Positions 1 through 12,249 of a stretch of 64,000 nucleotides of DNA are shown piece by piece. The position numbers and the translations under genes are program-made. The notes under the pieces were generated by a model. The model was not told the DNA's origin, did not search any database, and saw only the letters and a program-made list of their open reading frames with translations. The stretch lies in assembly GCF_001194135.2 (NCBI RefSeq), contig NC_068992.1, positions 30,023,492 to 30,087,491 on the forward strand, read 5' to 3'. Numbering within the stretch: position 1 is the first letter of the stretch; every line of letters begins with the position of its first letter. This stretch comes from Octopus bimaculoides (taxonomy: Eukaryota).

Positions 1-56
<56 letters not shown>
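1..56. repeat. (TA)n microsatellite
   Basis: Pure AT dinucleotide run from the window start. Confidence 0.98.
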
Positions 57-58
<2 letters not shown>

Positions 59-370
59 AGAACATTTTTATACTATACATATTCTGTTACATAGACATTA
101 ATATATATGTATATAATATATATATCTACATGTATACATGCACACACATGCATATGCGTTTGTATGTGTATATGTACGTATATAGATATATGCAGGGGTA
201 GGTATCAGTGTAGTAACAAATATCAAAATATATCATTATATTAGCTGAAAGGAGATGCATACCCAAATTAGTCGAATATTTGTTTCGTCTATTCATTTAT
301 CTCATCTGTCTAATGTAATCTGTATTATCGATTATGCACGCACGTGCATATATTGTAGTAACCATACCTA

Positions 371-385
371 CACACACACACACGC

Positions 386-427
<42 letters not shown>

Positions 428-474
428 ATATATATATATATATGTATATATATATGTATATATTTATATACATG

Positions 475-506
<32 letters not shown>

Positions 507-601
507 AGCTCGAGTGTGTGTGTACACATATAAACATACATACACACACACACACATATATATAAATTTTTAGAGAAAAGAACCAAAGTTCATGAACTCA
601 T

Positions 602-676
<75 letters not shown>
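371..676. repeat. Compound (CA)n/(TA)n microsatellites
   Basis: CA run, mixed TA/TG, then a long (TA)n at about 604-676. Explains the YIYI/HTHT ORFs. Confidence 0.95.
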
Positions 677-679
<3 letters not shown>

Positions 680-909
680 GCATACATACATGGACATATA
701 TGCATATGTATGATAAAAATATGATAGAAATATGTATATGTCTGTATGTATATGAAATCTAAATGCATCAATATATATAAAATCATAAAACATCATAAAA
801 CCATAAAAATGTGGAATACGTCTTGTGAACTTGAAAAGACAGTACCAAATGAAAAAGTAGCAAGTTATGTTAAAGAAAGTTGGGATGTTTTATTTTACAT
901 GCGACTTAC

Positions 910-1000
910 CTGATGAAAATCCAATTAAAACCATTTGTATTAACGATGCCACTTTTGCACATGTGACATGATGGTGTCCGTTTGCGAATCTGGTCAACAT
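910..1000 (-). CDS. Candidate first coding exon, MLTRFANGHHHVTCAKVASLIQMVLIGFSS(G), possibly a signal peptide; product unknown
   Basis: ATG at 1000 with A at -3 and an in-frame stop upstream near 1082. Ends at a strong donor CAG|GTAAGT (909), phase 1. C-terminal half is moderately hydrophobic. No homology recognised. Confidence 0.35.
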
Positions 1001-1289
1001 TATTGTATAGCACAATGATTTTATTGTCTCTTTTTTTGCTCCTTTTCCCCCTTTATTTTGTCTGTCTTTCTCACCCTCTGACTACCACTCTTTATATACG
1101 CCCTCTGTCTCTCAAATCTTCGTATTTGGAGAAAAGTTTCAAGGGAGGTGTGGTAAAAGTAGACGTAACCGTCTTAGTAATAATGGTAACATCATTGCAA
1201 TAATATTATCAATTGTTGTTGTCGTGTTTATAGTAGTAACATTCCCTGGAATCGTTTGTGATAGTCGTGACAGTTGTGCTGATGGCTGA

Positions 1290-1445
1290 TTATGAGGTGG
1301 TAGAGGAAGATGATGTTAATGCTAATGGTGAAGATGATGATGACGATGATTATTGTGGTGATAGCATTAACTTTGATGACGATGTTAATGGTGACGACGA
1401 TGATGCTGTTACAAGAGAGTGTGATGATAGGGATAATAATGATAC
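1290..1445. repeat. Degenerate (GAT)n/(ATC)n low-complexity tract
   Basis: Recurrent gat/gac triplets; source of the Asp-rich (+) and Ile-rich (-) ORFs. Confidence 0.8.
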
Positions 1446-1878
1446 AATATCTCTTTTTCCAGTGGTTTCGGCCGCTGCCGCCTGCAACGACATGCACTAT
1501 ACACAATTTAAGGAACAAAGAGGAAATGAGTGGCGGTGGGGAAAGAAAGAATGGAAGGGAGATTGTATGTTAGGTTATATACAGAAGAGAGAGAGAGAGT
1601 AATGTGTAAATACAGAAATAGATAGGGAGAAAACAGGAAAGTGAGTGGGAGAGATTTTTGTTACATAGGACTGCGATATTATAGTTATATATAAGTTGTG
1701 GTGAGTGTGTGTGTGTGTGTATTGTGTGTGTGTTTCTGTGTGTTATATGTAACTTCATTGACAGTATATATACATATTATGCATATCATAAATATGCAAT
1801 TTCATATATGTATATATACATACATGTATTGATGATATTTCGCTACATTTTACAGCGGGATGACAGTGGGCAGCTTTG

Positions 1879-1985
<107 letters not shown>

Positions 1986-2565
1986 CCACGATAGTAAATG
2001 GGAGGATGAAAAATAATCAAGCCCTAATTATTAATTGCAAAGCATGAATTTATCATGAATTTATCAGTTTTTTCGCTTATTACTTGTTATTTTAACGTAA
2101 ACCACTGTATGGTTTCTGATTTGTATACTTTTGAGTATATAAGGTCGGGGTTCGGTATGTTCTAAAAATTTAATTGCATATTAAATATTTGTGTGATAAC
2201 ATTTCTGAAACATTCAGTTTTCAGAGAATCGATATTGTGTTTATGAGGAAAATAATCTACTTTGCTGTTTAAAGTTGATTGATACTTCCAAATATCGGGC
2301 GGGTATATGTTTTATTTTCATCTTATTGTATGCAGTTTTTTCATAAAATATGAAATAAACCATATTAATGTTATAAAATAATCACAAAACCTCTGATAAA
2401 ACGAAGTAAAATATATGAAAGAAAAAAGCATTGGAGTAAGTGCGATGTTTTCACTAAGAAAATATATCAGATATCATAGTAAGGGATAATGATTTTATGA
2501 AATGAGCAGAGGAGGGTAAACAGAAAGATATGGGTGTGTTTGAAACCATGTTCCTTTTTCGCATA

Positions 2566-2627
<62 letters not shown>

Positions 2628-2725
2628 TATATAAGTACTGAGTTAATTTTCGTTTTGTATGTCACACTATATCAGCAATGGGAATAGATCCGAATATTCT
2701 TGTCGATCAAGTAGGGATGTCTTAC

Positions 2726-2789
2726 CTACGTAGTAACATTGTATACCGGACATCATCATCGTGTTGAGCCTCATGATTACAACAACAAC
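2726..2789 (-). other. Candidate 64-nt exon, probably 5' UTR
   Basis: Acceptor TTTGCTTTATATTTTCCAG| and donor TAG|GTAAGA, both near consensus. Confidence 0.4.
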
Positions 2790-3887
2790 CTGGAAAATAT
2801 AAAGCAAATATATTGTAAGTAACATCATTATACTAACCATCAATATCCTCGTCATTATTAATTCCTTCCTACTCCTCCTCTCCCACACACATCTTCATCT
2901 CAATGAAACAAATATTATGAGCTATAACTCACTACTATTAAAACTACTGTTGTGTTACTTTCGTTATTATTGTTATTATCATTAACTCAATCATATTCCT
3001 GATTTGAACATTATATACTTAAACAGTCGGACAGGGAATGAATGCAGAGAAGACAAAGGGCATCAAGGTGAACCAAGTTCCAGCAGCCACCATCTTTATG
3101 GTTAGATAATAAACTATCTAACATGTGAAACATTCCACGCATAAACTGGAAGCCTTCTGTAAGATGATGGGGACGCCGAAAGCAATAGGAAATACAGAAT
3201 AAGAATAGTGATATCGATATTTCAGCGAATGTACAAAATCTAATGATAAATACTCTGGAAAGAAACATTAAAGCCAGCTGTTCAACACCCTCAGACTACA
3301 AAGGCCACTATACTCAAAGTGAACATTCGAGTAAACTGACAAATTGTGTAAACATTTAAGGATGCCCGAGGAAAATTGTGAAAATTTCGTATACCTTGAT
3401 TACATGAGAAACAAAGAGGTTTAATATAGAACATCGTCTTGCAGAATATAACGATGGATTAAGATGACTGATAACTTACTGTGGTAGTGAAATAATTGAT
3501 AAGCATAAAACAACATTACGATAATCAGGAAGAAAGGAAAATGAAGATCATCGTTCATACATGTGACTGTTAACAGACACTGGAATTAAAATAGAACTCA
3601 CAACTAAGCAGGAAAATTGAATGAGAACTGCCTAATGATACACGAAATACTGGGAGGAAATAATTAACTATAATTCCAAACACTAGACATTTATATCTCT
3701 CTCAGCAAGATTAACATGCTCGACGTTACTCCTCATTTATATTTTGTTGCATCACTAGATCATCTTCAATCTTCCTGTTTCTTCATTAGTATTAGAAGTT
3801 ACAACTGCATCGTTTCCTTCTTTATCTAACTCCTTAAAATACATTGTAATTTTCATTGTCACCATCATAACCAATACCATAACCATA

Positions 3888-4434
3888 AGTATTAGACACA
3901 GAGATAATATTTATCCCCATTTAAAAATGGATATTCTATTAGAACAAACTATATTGCGGTATATATCATGAGAGAAACTGTCATATGAACTTTTGGTGCA
4001 AGATGCACGCTTATACTGCTAGCAAGGAGATAAATCCCCGCTGCCCTCAGCATCGAGACCGACAAATCAAGTGATTTCGATTTTCCGAAGTGGTGTCAAG
4101 ATGGAATGCTAGAGATAGTTGTGACTCATCTCCCCGCCAGCGATATATAGGAAAAATACCCAGAACAGGCACTGGTGTCGCGATTAGCCAGAGAGCTTGT
4201 GAAAAAAGTCATATGTGTATAAGCGATAGAGGCAGTATTAATACCGAAATCACATGTTCCGGTGATCTCAGCGCTTGAGATGGTAGGGACTTAGCTCCCC
4301 GTTAGCGATATAAGAACGGGTGCATATGAGCCAATATGAGAGTTTCTCTCATTGAATCTACCGCAGTATAGTTTGTTCTAACAAAACATCCACATTTAAG
4401 TGGGGATAAATATTAACTCATGGTATTAATACTG
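3888..4434. mobile_element. Cluster of about 200-bp MITE-like units: one inverted pair plus a fragment
   Basis: 3888-4085 matches the reverse complement of 4233-4434 (e.g. taatatttatcccca, ttagaacaaactata, atgagagaaact). Unit 4233-4434 has perfect 13-bp terminal inverted repeats cagtattaatacc/ggtattaatactg. Confidence 0.65.
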
Positions 4435-5301
4435 TCGCTGTCCATTAGATGTATGATAAAGTTATTGCTATATGCGTTCGATCCTTGGCCAGCGTTCTTA
4501 GACATCGTGTTTTAACCTAACAGCGCATTTATTGTTATTCTCCCATTATATTATCCCAGCAAGAGTGCAGATCCAGATTAGAAGGTAGCAGGTTTTCAAT
4601 GCGATACATGATGTAATTTCAACAATTCTACAAGGGTGGCGAGCTGAGAGAATCGTTATTGCACCAGATAAAATGCATAGCGGCATTTTTACCTACTATC
4701 TTTCTGAGATGAAATAGCGCCGGTGTAGAATTTGCCTCTCATCATTTTGTGGGCGATAGATTAAGTATCAGTGGTGCACTGGGTTCGATGGAATTGATGT
4801 TTCCCTTCCCACAAAATGCTGGTCGTGTATCAAATTTTGATACCAATTCTATAGGATATTATTTACAAAGCATAGACTATTTATTAATGATACTAGATTG
4901 AATGAAATAGAAATTAAAAAAAAAAAATTGCAAACAATGCTTAATTGTAGATACTTTAAACAGATGAATTTGAGGAAATATTCATATCTTGAATAATGTT
5001 AGTGATAAGGGAAACAATTTCTGTCGATACGAATATTTTCATTAACTTGAAAGCTAACCTGATCAGTTTGTGATTAAGGATGCCCCCTTATATGACACAA
5101 CACTGAACTTGCTTTACGGTGTTCACCTCATTATATCCTATGTTGTTGTATATTATTATACTAATGTTTCAAGTTAAATTAGCCTCACCATATTGCTATC
5201 ATAACTGACAATTTAGTTTTAGTTTCCTGTTTCATCTTTCAGATCAGAGTTGATAAGTTTTTGATTGATACTTAGTTCAAATTAATTCAAATTAATTCAA
5301 A

Positions 5302-5337
5302 TTAATGTGATGTCAAAGTAATTTGACATCACATTAA
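5302..5337. repeat. Perfect 16-bp inverted repeat with a 4-nt loop
   Basis: ttaatgtgatgtcaaa-gtaa-tttgacatcacattaa. Confidence 0.9.
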
Positions 5338-6977
5338 GGGATGTGTCAGGATGATATATAATGGTTTTCTTATTCCAGGCAACGTGACATTTTTCACGTC
5401 GTCTGTGATTTGATTTTATTATAACCAAAATACAGAAACGTAATTGATACATTCTCAATGTAGAAGATTTGGAGTTAACATTGTCTTTGATTAAATTGGA
5501 ATATTTTTCTCTGTATCATGTTAGATACGCTTTTGAAGCATTTCTATGTATTTGAATGATATATACACAGTGAAATGGTCACTAGCATATAGAATATAAG
5601 AAATCAAGATATTTTAATTAATTAAAATTGCACCTTCAGTGATAAGATCGATCATTATCTTAATGGCTAATGGTAGAAAAAAAGAAGACAGGAATGACAA
5701 TCCTGAACACTTAATTAATTAAAATTAATGGAATATGTAATGTTGTGGGGAATAAGTCTGATATTTGGAAGTGCGTGGAGATCTCCAGACGTTTTTCGAT
5801 CTTAATAGCAATTATTTCATCTCATTTGTGGTACATGTAAATGTGACTACCAGATCATAGAATAACATAAAGGATTTACGTTTGTCAGGTATCAATATTG
5901 AGTAAACGAAACTTATAAAAGAATTAAGGGGGAAAATTAAGTGAGGGCCTTTGTTATCGCACTTGGTGTAAGCGACTTCTGACATTAGATTTTTACAAAA
6001 ATAATCGTATTATATATTTCTACTAGGAAGAATTCTGAGGCACACAAGAAATAATTACAGAAAGATGTCAGACATATTCACATAAGCATGTATCGTTAAA
6101 CTCCACATTCACGAAACACGAATAGCACTTAACTAGAATATTAGACCTATGAAATCTCGATGAGACTGATAGTCTCCCTGTCAAATGCATATTCTCAACG
6201 TCGCAATTCGAAAGACTAACTTTTCTCTTCAGAAACAGAAATTGCTTTGTTCATGAAAAATTACTATATCTCTACAAAACTATGGTAAAACTACCAATAA
6301 AGTAAGTCTTCCACATCAGTAATGATGCTGATGCCACATGCAAAGGCATGATGACACTCAGAAAACCACTTCATACATTATGCAAAATATTTACTGTCTC
6401 ATTCCTTTGTAATATTTGTGCACCATAAATGTGACTTCATCTCCTATAAATTGTCATGTTTTAGCCCACATAGGCAGTCCCTCCTTTCTTTTCATACATT
6501 GTGTAAAGACTGAAGCTTTGCAAAAGCTATTAAGCTCTCAACTTAAAACTGCTAAGCAAAACGTAAAATGCCTCATTCTCGCACGCTTCAGAGGGTACGA
6601 GAAGTTCATTGACAAGGCCAATCTTCTTCCTGACCAAACAAAGTATAAACCATACGCACTGATGGAAGGGTAATTCCTTAATAAATCAGTTATTTAAATG
6701 CTTCAAAAACGTTACACGATCAAATATTTGTGAAATATCCATTAGCTTAATTTGAGTTAGTTGAAAAATTGTTCAAACCAATGTAATAGGACATAATGAT
6801 AATGGATTTTGTACAGTATTGTTTCAACTGTTACGTTTGTATATTTACTTTTAACATGAAGAACATAAAGGCACACACATATGCATACATGCATATATGT
6901 GTGTTTGCCCGCGTATCTATATCTATATCTATATCTATCTATCTATCTATCTATCTATATATATATATATATATATA

Positions 6978-7197
6978 NNNNNNNNNNNNNNNNNNNNNNN
7001 NNNNNNNNNNNNNNNNNNNNNNNNNNNNNNNNNNNNNNNNNNNNNNNNNNNNNNNNNNNNNNNNNNNNNNNNNNNNNNNNNNNNNNNNNNNNNNNNNNNN
7101 NNNNNNNNNNNNNNNNNNNNNNNNNNNNNNNNNNNNNNNNNNNNNNNNNNNNNNNNNNNNNNNNNNNNNNNNNNNNNNNNNNNNNNNNNNNNNNNNN
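6978..7197. other. Assembly gap (others at 10100-10333, 28606-28615, 29628-29637, 32791-33033, 41410-41424, 44697-44966, 49009-49287, 50523-50799, 51790-52011)
   Basis: N runs, mostly flanked by (TA)n or similar simple repeats. Confidence 0.97.
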
Positions 7198-8129
7198 TAT
7201 ATATATATATATATATATGTACATATATGCATGCTGAATTCTACTAGGAAAATGATTGAGCAGCTTGCATTATGAGTAAAACACAATTTCAAAAATGTAC
7301 AATGCAATTAGGCTTATATTAAACCAAATAGACCAGCAGCTATGAAACCATTCTCTAGCATCTAAACCTTGTATATCATATTTCGCTGAATCGGGCTTTA
7401 ATAATTCATATAAAATACATAATAAATGAATAAACAAATAAATATAAACGTAATAAATGAACAAATGATATAAAACAAATTTATCTTGATATCATTCGAG
7501 TTACTATATGAAGGTATTTCCAATAACGTACAGCTCAAACGATAAATTGCTTTATGTTTATTCTCCTTTAAAACGAAACTATCACCAATGCCAATCATAT
7601 TTAAATTAAATTGAGATAAATTCAATTTATATCTTTGTTCTCGTTGCTTCCACCTGAACGATAATCTTATCTAATTGTCTCCCTGCAGGAATAGATGCTA
7701 AAACATACTTAAACGAGTAAATAGGAACAACAAAAATATCCATATATAAATATGAAATAACATCAATAGACGAACATTAATAAAAGTGAAAAATATATTA
7801 AAATACATATATATTTTCCTTTAATTATTGTTGATGAATGTTTCCAAGGCATACACTAATTTTATTTAATATGTCGTATAACCGGCCAGGTTACCTTGCA
7901 CCCTTCCAGAATAATGGTGTGCAACGAAGTTGCTAGATTATGTTAAAAACTACTTTGGTGCATAGCATTGGACTGATCACATATTAAACCATTAGTGCCA
8001 AAATGTTTTTATTCAATTTATTATAAAAATCTTTTATCATACAACATTATCTAGTACTAAATATATAAAAAAAATATTACAATATTTGAAAGACACTCCA
8101 GTCTTGACGACTAACTAAAGACATCTCAG

Positions 8130-8225
8130 AAAAATACATATACTTCTGGTCCTAAAAATACATATACTTCTGGTCCTAAAAATACATATACTTCTGGTCC
8201 TAAAAATACATATATTTCTGGTCCT
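8130..8225. repeat. 24-bp minisatellite, 4 copies
   Basis: aaaaatacatatacttctggtcct x4, with one substitution in the last copy. Confidence 0.95.
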
Positions 8226-8375
8226 TAAAAAAAAATTACTATGGGCACTGATGGGCCAAGCAAACTGAAATGCATACTGATGAGTGTTATTAGGATAAAT
8301 TTCAACAATATAAGAGAGGAATAAAATGAATTTTACTGTATCGCGTACACATTTTGAATAATACTCTTTTCTTTC

Positions 8376-8510
8376 TACTCTAGGCACAAGGCCCGAAATT
8401 TTGGAGGAGGGGGGTCAGTCGATTAGATCGAACCCAGTACGCAACTGGTACTTAATTTATCGACCTCGAAATGATGAAAGGCAAAGTCAGCTTCGGTGAA
8501 ATTTGAAATT
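8376..8510 (-). mobile_element. SINE family A copy, 5'-truncated
   Basis: Reverse complement of the family A body and tail (tactctaggcacaaggcccgaaattt...gatgaaaggcaaagtc); compare 34904-35110. Confidence 0.85.
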
Positions 8511-8518
8511 TTGAATAA

Positions 8519-8795
8519 TATTGAGTTGAGTTAAACTTTTTCAAAATTTGCTAACTTATTTATTTCGTTCGTAAAGTTACAACAAACGGACCCATGCTTT
8601 CAAATTAGAGACCATCGTGTTGCAGCGTTCGACGCTGACTTTTTGATAGTTCGTTAACCAGACGCTGATGCCAGTTTTTGTTCTTCGTAGCCAAAAAGAC
8701 TTTCACAGAATTTCTACTTCCTATTGGAAGATGAAGCGTTGCTAGCGCAGGAAGGGAGACATGGATAGGAACATTATATCTCACGCAAGAAGTCA
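8519..8795 (-). mobile_element. mariner 3' remnant (transposase C-terminus plus probable right TIR)
   Basis: Broken minus-strand translation FLSMSPFLR*QRFIFQ*EVEI / VKVFLATKNKNWHQRLVNELSKSQRRTLQHDGL*FE resembles the mariner C-terminus following YSPDLAPSD. Ends in TA-TTGAGTTGAGTTAAACTTTTT, like a mariner TIR. Confidence 0.65.
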
Positions 8796-8854
8796 AGGAT
8801 TATTGTCCTGTATCTATTTAATGAATAAATGGTATCGATTTCTAATATTGGAGT

Positions 8855-9062
8855 GAGGTGGCGAACTGGCACCTGAGCGGCACATGAGCGAACTGGCACG
8901 CTGGGCAAAATATGTAGCTGCATTGTATCCGTCTACGTTCAAAGCTCAATGCCGGCGAGGTCGACACTGCTTTTATCCATTTCGGGGATCAGCAGTGTCA
9001 ATACAATCAACTTGATCCTCTCCTGAAATTGCTAGCCCTGTGCTAAAATTTGAAACCGGTAT
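8855..9062 (+). mobile_element. SINE family A-related copy, diverged
   Basis: ggtggcgaactggca head, gccggcgaggtcgac, tail aaattgctagccctgtgctaaaatttgaaacc. Confidence 0.7.
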
Positions 9063-9109
9063 TTAGCATTGCTGTTGTGTGACACACAAAAGTTTGAATA
9101 GCCAATTAT

Positions 9110-9235
9110 ACTGCGCACCGACGTTTGATTGATACGTATTTTACCGAGCCGAATTGATAACAGCTTGCGTTCACAACGGGATTCGAATTTGAAAGGTAAA
9201 CTGATGTGACCATACTACGCAAGGCATCGAATCAG
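9110..9235 (-). mobile_element. Highly decayed SINE family A fragment
   Basis: gatacgtattttaccgagccgaattgataa...gggattcgaatttg loosely parallels the reverse-strand family A pattern. Confidence 0.35.
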
Positions 9236-10064
9236 ATGGTGTAATGATACAACATGAATTATATTTATGATACATCTTTTCATATTAGCCACGCATGCAT
9301 AATCTATATGTTGATATATCATCTCAATTCTCAAAAGAAACGAATCTACATTCATATACATCGTTAATTCTATTGCCTTAAAGTAAATGGTACTGTCGTC
9401 GACGATGAACATTACTATCGACGATAAATGACCCAGTTGCTTGTGAGAGCAACTTCTCATTGTTATTAAAGTGTACCTGCTTGAGTATTCTGCAAACGCG
9501 TAAGCCTGTAACAAATATCTCGAGCACTCTGAACTTTGGTATAGATCGCACCTTGTTTCCACCCAGTTCTGTCTATTGAACCTATGAGCAACCGGTTAGT
9601 GGTATGCTCCAATGTATAAGCTAATGCATTTGCCTGAGTGCTCTACGTAAAGTGATTGCGAAGCACATTCTGTAACTACAAGGCCGCACACACAGACACA
9701 CGCACAAACACACACACACACACTCACACACATACTCATTCACTCACGCATCTAATATTATTTTAAGGTAATTTCATGTGATCAAATCAACCACTTACAA
9801 TGTCAAAAAATTATTTATTGCTTCACTATCATCTGATAGTTTTGGTCGACTAAACATCCAACCGATGGAATTCACATTTGGACTTTGAAATTTCTGCAGC
9901 TCACGATATTAATTTATGTGTTTCCATCCCATCATGGGATGACGAAGCATTGTGTACTTTTGAGTTCTTCAACCCAAAATAAAACATATGCACAGGTGTA
10001 TGCATTCCAATAAACTTGTGTTTATACATACATGCAAACATACTTACATACATATATATGTATA

Positions 10065-10099
<35 letters not shown>

Positions 10100-10333
10100 N
10101 NNNNNNNNNNNNNNNNNNNNNNNNNNNNNNNNNNNNNNNNNNNNNNNNNNNNNNNNNNNNNNNNNNNNNNNNNNNNNNNNNNNNNNNNNNNNNNNNNNNN
10201 NNNNNNNNNNNNNNNNNNNNNNNNNNNNNNNNNNNNNNNNNNNNNNNNNNNNNNNNNNNNNNNNNNNNNNNNNNNNNNNNNNNNNNNNNNNNNNNNNNNN
10301 NNNNNNNNNNNNNNNNNNNNNNNNNNNNNNNNN

Positions 10334-10371
<38 letters not shown>

Positions 10372-10829
10372 TTATATATACAGAGAGAGAGAGAGCGATA
10401 GAGAGAGAGAATATTTATCTATCCCTCTACGTGTGTGTATGTGTGTGTGTGCATTTGTGAGTGGGCGCGTGTACAAACAATGGAAAATAAGCGGCCTCCA
10501 GACCGCTTATTCGCGTTCCACGCTAGATCGATTTTTCACTTGTCAACCTGTGATGGTCTTTCACTACTCATTCCAGTGAGGTATGAACAAGACAGTCATA
10601 TCCATGCAACTCCACCTATACACAAAATTGCTGTCTTATATAATGCACGATACTATAAAGCATTGTACTGCCATACTTGTCACATATTCTTTGTTCTATA
10701 CATTTTCATACTTACATACTTTAGCACATACACAAACAGTCGCACATATATCATATACATAGAATGTGAATGTATATATCTGTGTGTATGTATCTTGTGC
10801 ATGTATCTTGTGTATGTATCTTTTGTATC

Positions 10830-11040
10830 TGAAATTTTCCCTCTCTCTCTGTGTCTCTCTCTCTCTCTCTGTCTCTCTATGTGTCTCTCTCTATGTCTCT
10901 CTCTCTCTGTCTCTCTCTCTCTCTGTCTCTATGTCTCTCTCTCTCTATCCATCTATCTATTCGTATGTAGTCTACCTGTCTAACCATCTATCGATCCAAC
11001 ATTCTAGCTCTCTCCCTCTCTGTCTATCAATCTACCTGTC

Positions 11041-11092
<52 letters not shown>

Positions 11093-11110
11093 GCTGGCTA
11101 GCTATATATC
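10830..11110. repeat. Compound (CT)n/(CTGT)n/(CTAT)n tract
   Basis: Direct inspection. Confidence 0.9.
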
Positions 11111-11664
11111 TATCTCTATTTATACATCCATATAAACGAGTTTATCCATCGCGTACGTCACGTATACGGAGGTATACGATTAGAGCCCCATTTGAAATCC
11201 CATCTGCATGTTTGCACATAAATACGTAACTTATACATTATTAACCATTTTGTCTCTATTGCCATATATATAAACGGTTTCTGAACTCGTTGACAATAAC
11301 TTCTAATGTCTACCTATATGAAAACATTGTATATTTACCCCTATTGCACTACACACACACACACACACAAACACGGCAAAGCAAAGCAAAACAAAGTAAA
11401 GCAAATACACAAAACTATATCAATTATAGAATGCAACACATTTCTAAGAGACGTTAGAGTTGATAGCATTAAGTCGACGTTCGAAGTAGGAAAACGAACT
11501 CATTGAGTAAAACTATAGTGCAATAGTATAACGTTTTGGACCGAATACTTCAACAGATACTTAAACGAAATCCAGAGTGAGACGAGGAATAGAGGAAAGG
11601 AAAGTTGGAATTAAATGCTCATGGGCCACCAATTTCACATCTTCAACCTCTGTCTATATATGTA

Positions 11665-12050
11665 TGTATGTATCTCCAGAGGGGAGACACATACAGAGCT
11701 TTCTGGAGACACACAATCATAACGGTTCTGCGGACTTCGAGAAAGCCCGAGTCGCAAGAGCTGAACTCAAGAGACGGGAGAGAAAGCAGCGTTTTCTCCT
11801 TCCCAGACCAGCTCCTTCTATCCCTTGTCCACAATGTCCCCGTATTTTTCAAGCAACCCTTGAATTGCTGAGCCAGCTCCGGTTCAAACACCCAGGAAAA
11901 TGAACTGGATTACAAGCTCGGAAACAAGAGACACAGCCAACTACTACCATGTATGTATGTATGTATGTATGTATGTATGTATGTATGTATGTATGTATGC
12001 ATGCATGCATGCATGCATGTATGTATGTATGTATGTATGTATGTATATAT
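11665..12050 (+). mobile_element. 5'-truncated RTE-type LINE 3' end with (TATG)n tail
   Basis: ORF end ARVARAELKRRERKQRFLLPRPAPSIPCPQCPRIFQATLELLSQLRFKHPGK* carries a degenerate C-terminal C2H2-like motif typical of RTE ORF2. Short 3' UTR, then (TATG)n from about 11948. Confidence 0.75.
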
Positions 12051-12249
12051 ATGCACGTACGTCCGTACATATGTATGTACGTGCGTATGTATGTATATAT
12101 GTATCTATCATATATATAAACGTATATATGTTCAGGTTTACATACAGCTTATTAATAATTTGTTTGTTTATTCGTTGCTGAAATTTAATGATTCAGTCTT
12201 TCGCTTTCTTCCCTTTGAGCTCGGGTTTCACAATGTTTATGTCATTCCG

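Larger units (their letters stand above)
910..1481 (-). other. Candidate exon (long 5' UTR plus the coding start)
   Basis: Minus-strand polypyrimidine tract (about 1509-1565), then TTGCAG| at 1482 (alternative TATAG| at 1497). Donor GTAAGT at 909. All three frames close before the ATG at 1000. Confidence 0.35.

Noticed and set aside
255-796. ORFs of YIYI/HTHT/CVCV type here and throughout the track, including all X-containing ORFs
   Set aside because: Translations of microsatellites and N gaps.
1090-1098. TATATAAAG on the minus strand about 90 bp upstream of the ATG at 1000
   Set aside because: It falls inside the predicted UTR exon, no initiator is evident at the expected distance, and TATA-like words are common in this DNA.
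1258-1602. 114-aa acidic + strand ORF
   Set aside because: Degenerate (GAT)n tract with no domain or supporting splice context.
4100-4320. Repeated peptide YIA(N/G)GE, suggestive of a kinase or cadherin repeat
   Set aside because: Explained by the non-coding MITE-like duplication; stops occur in every frame.
8130-8225. CRISPR-like array
   Set aside because: Head-to-tail repeats without spacers, in eukaryotic DNA.
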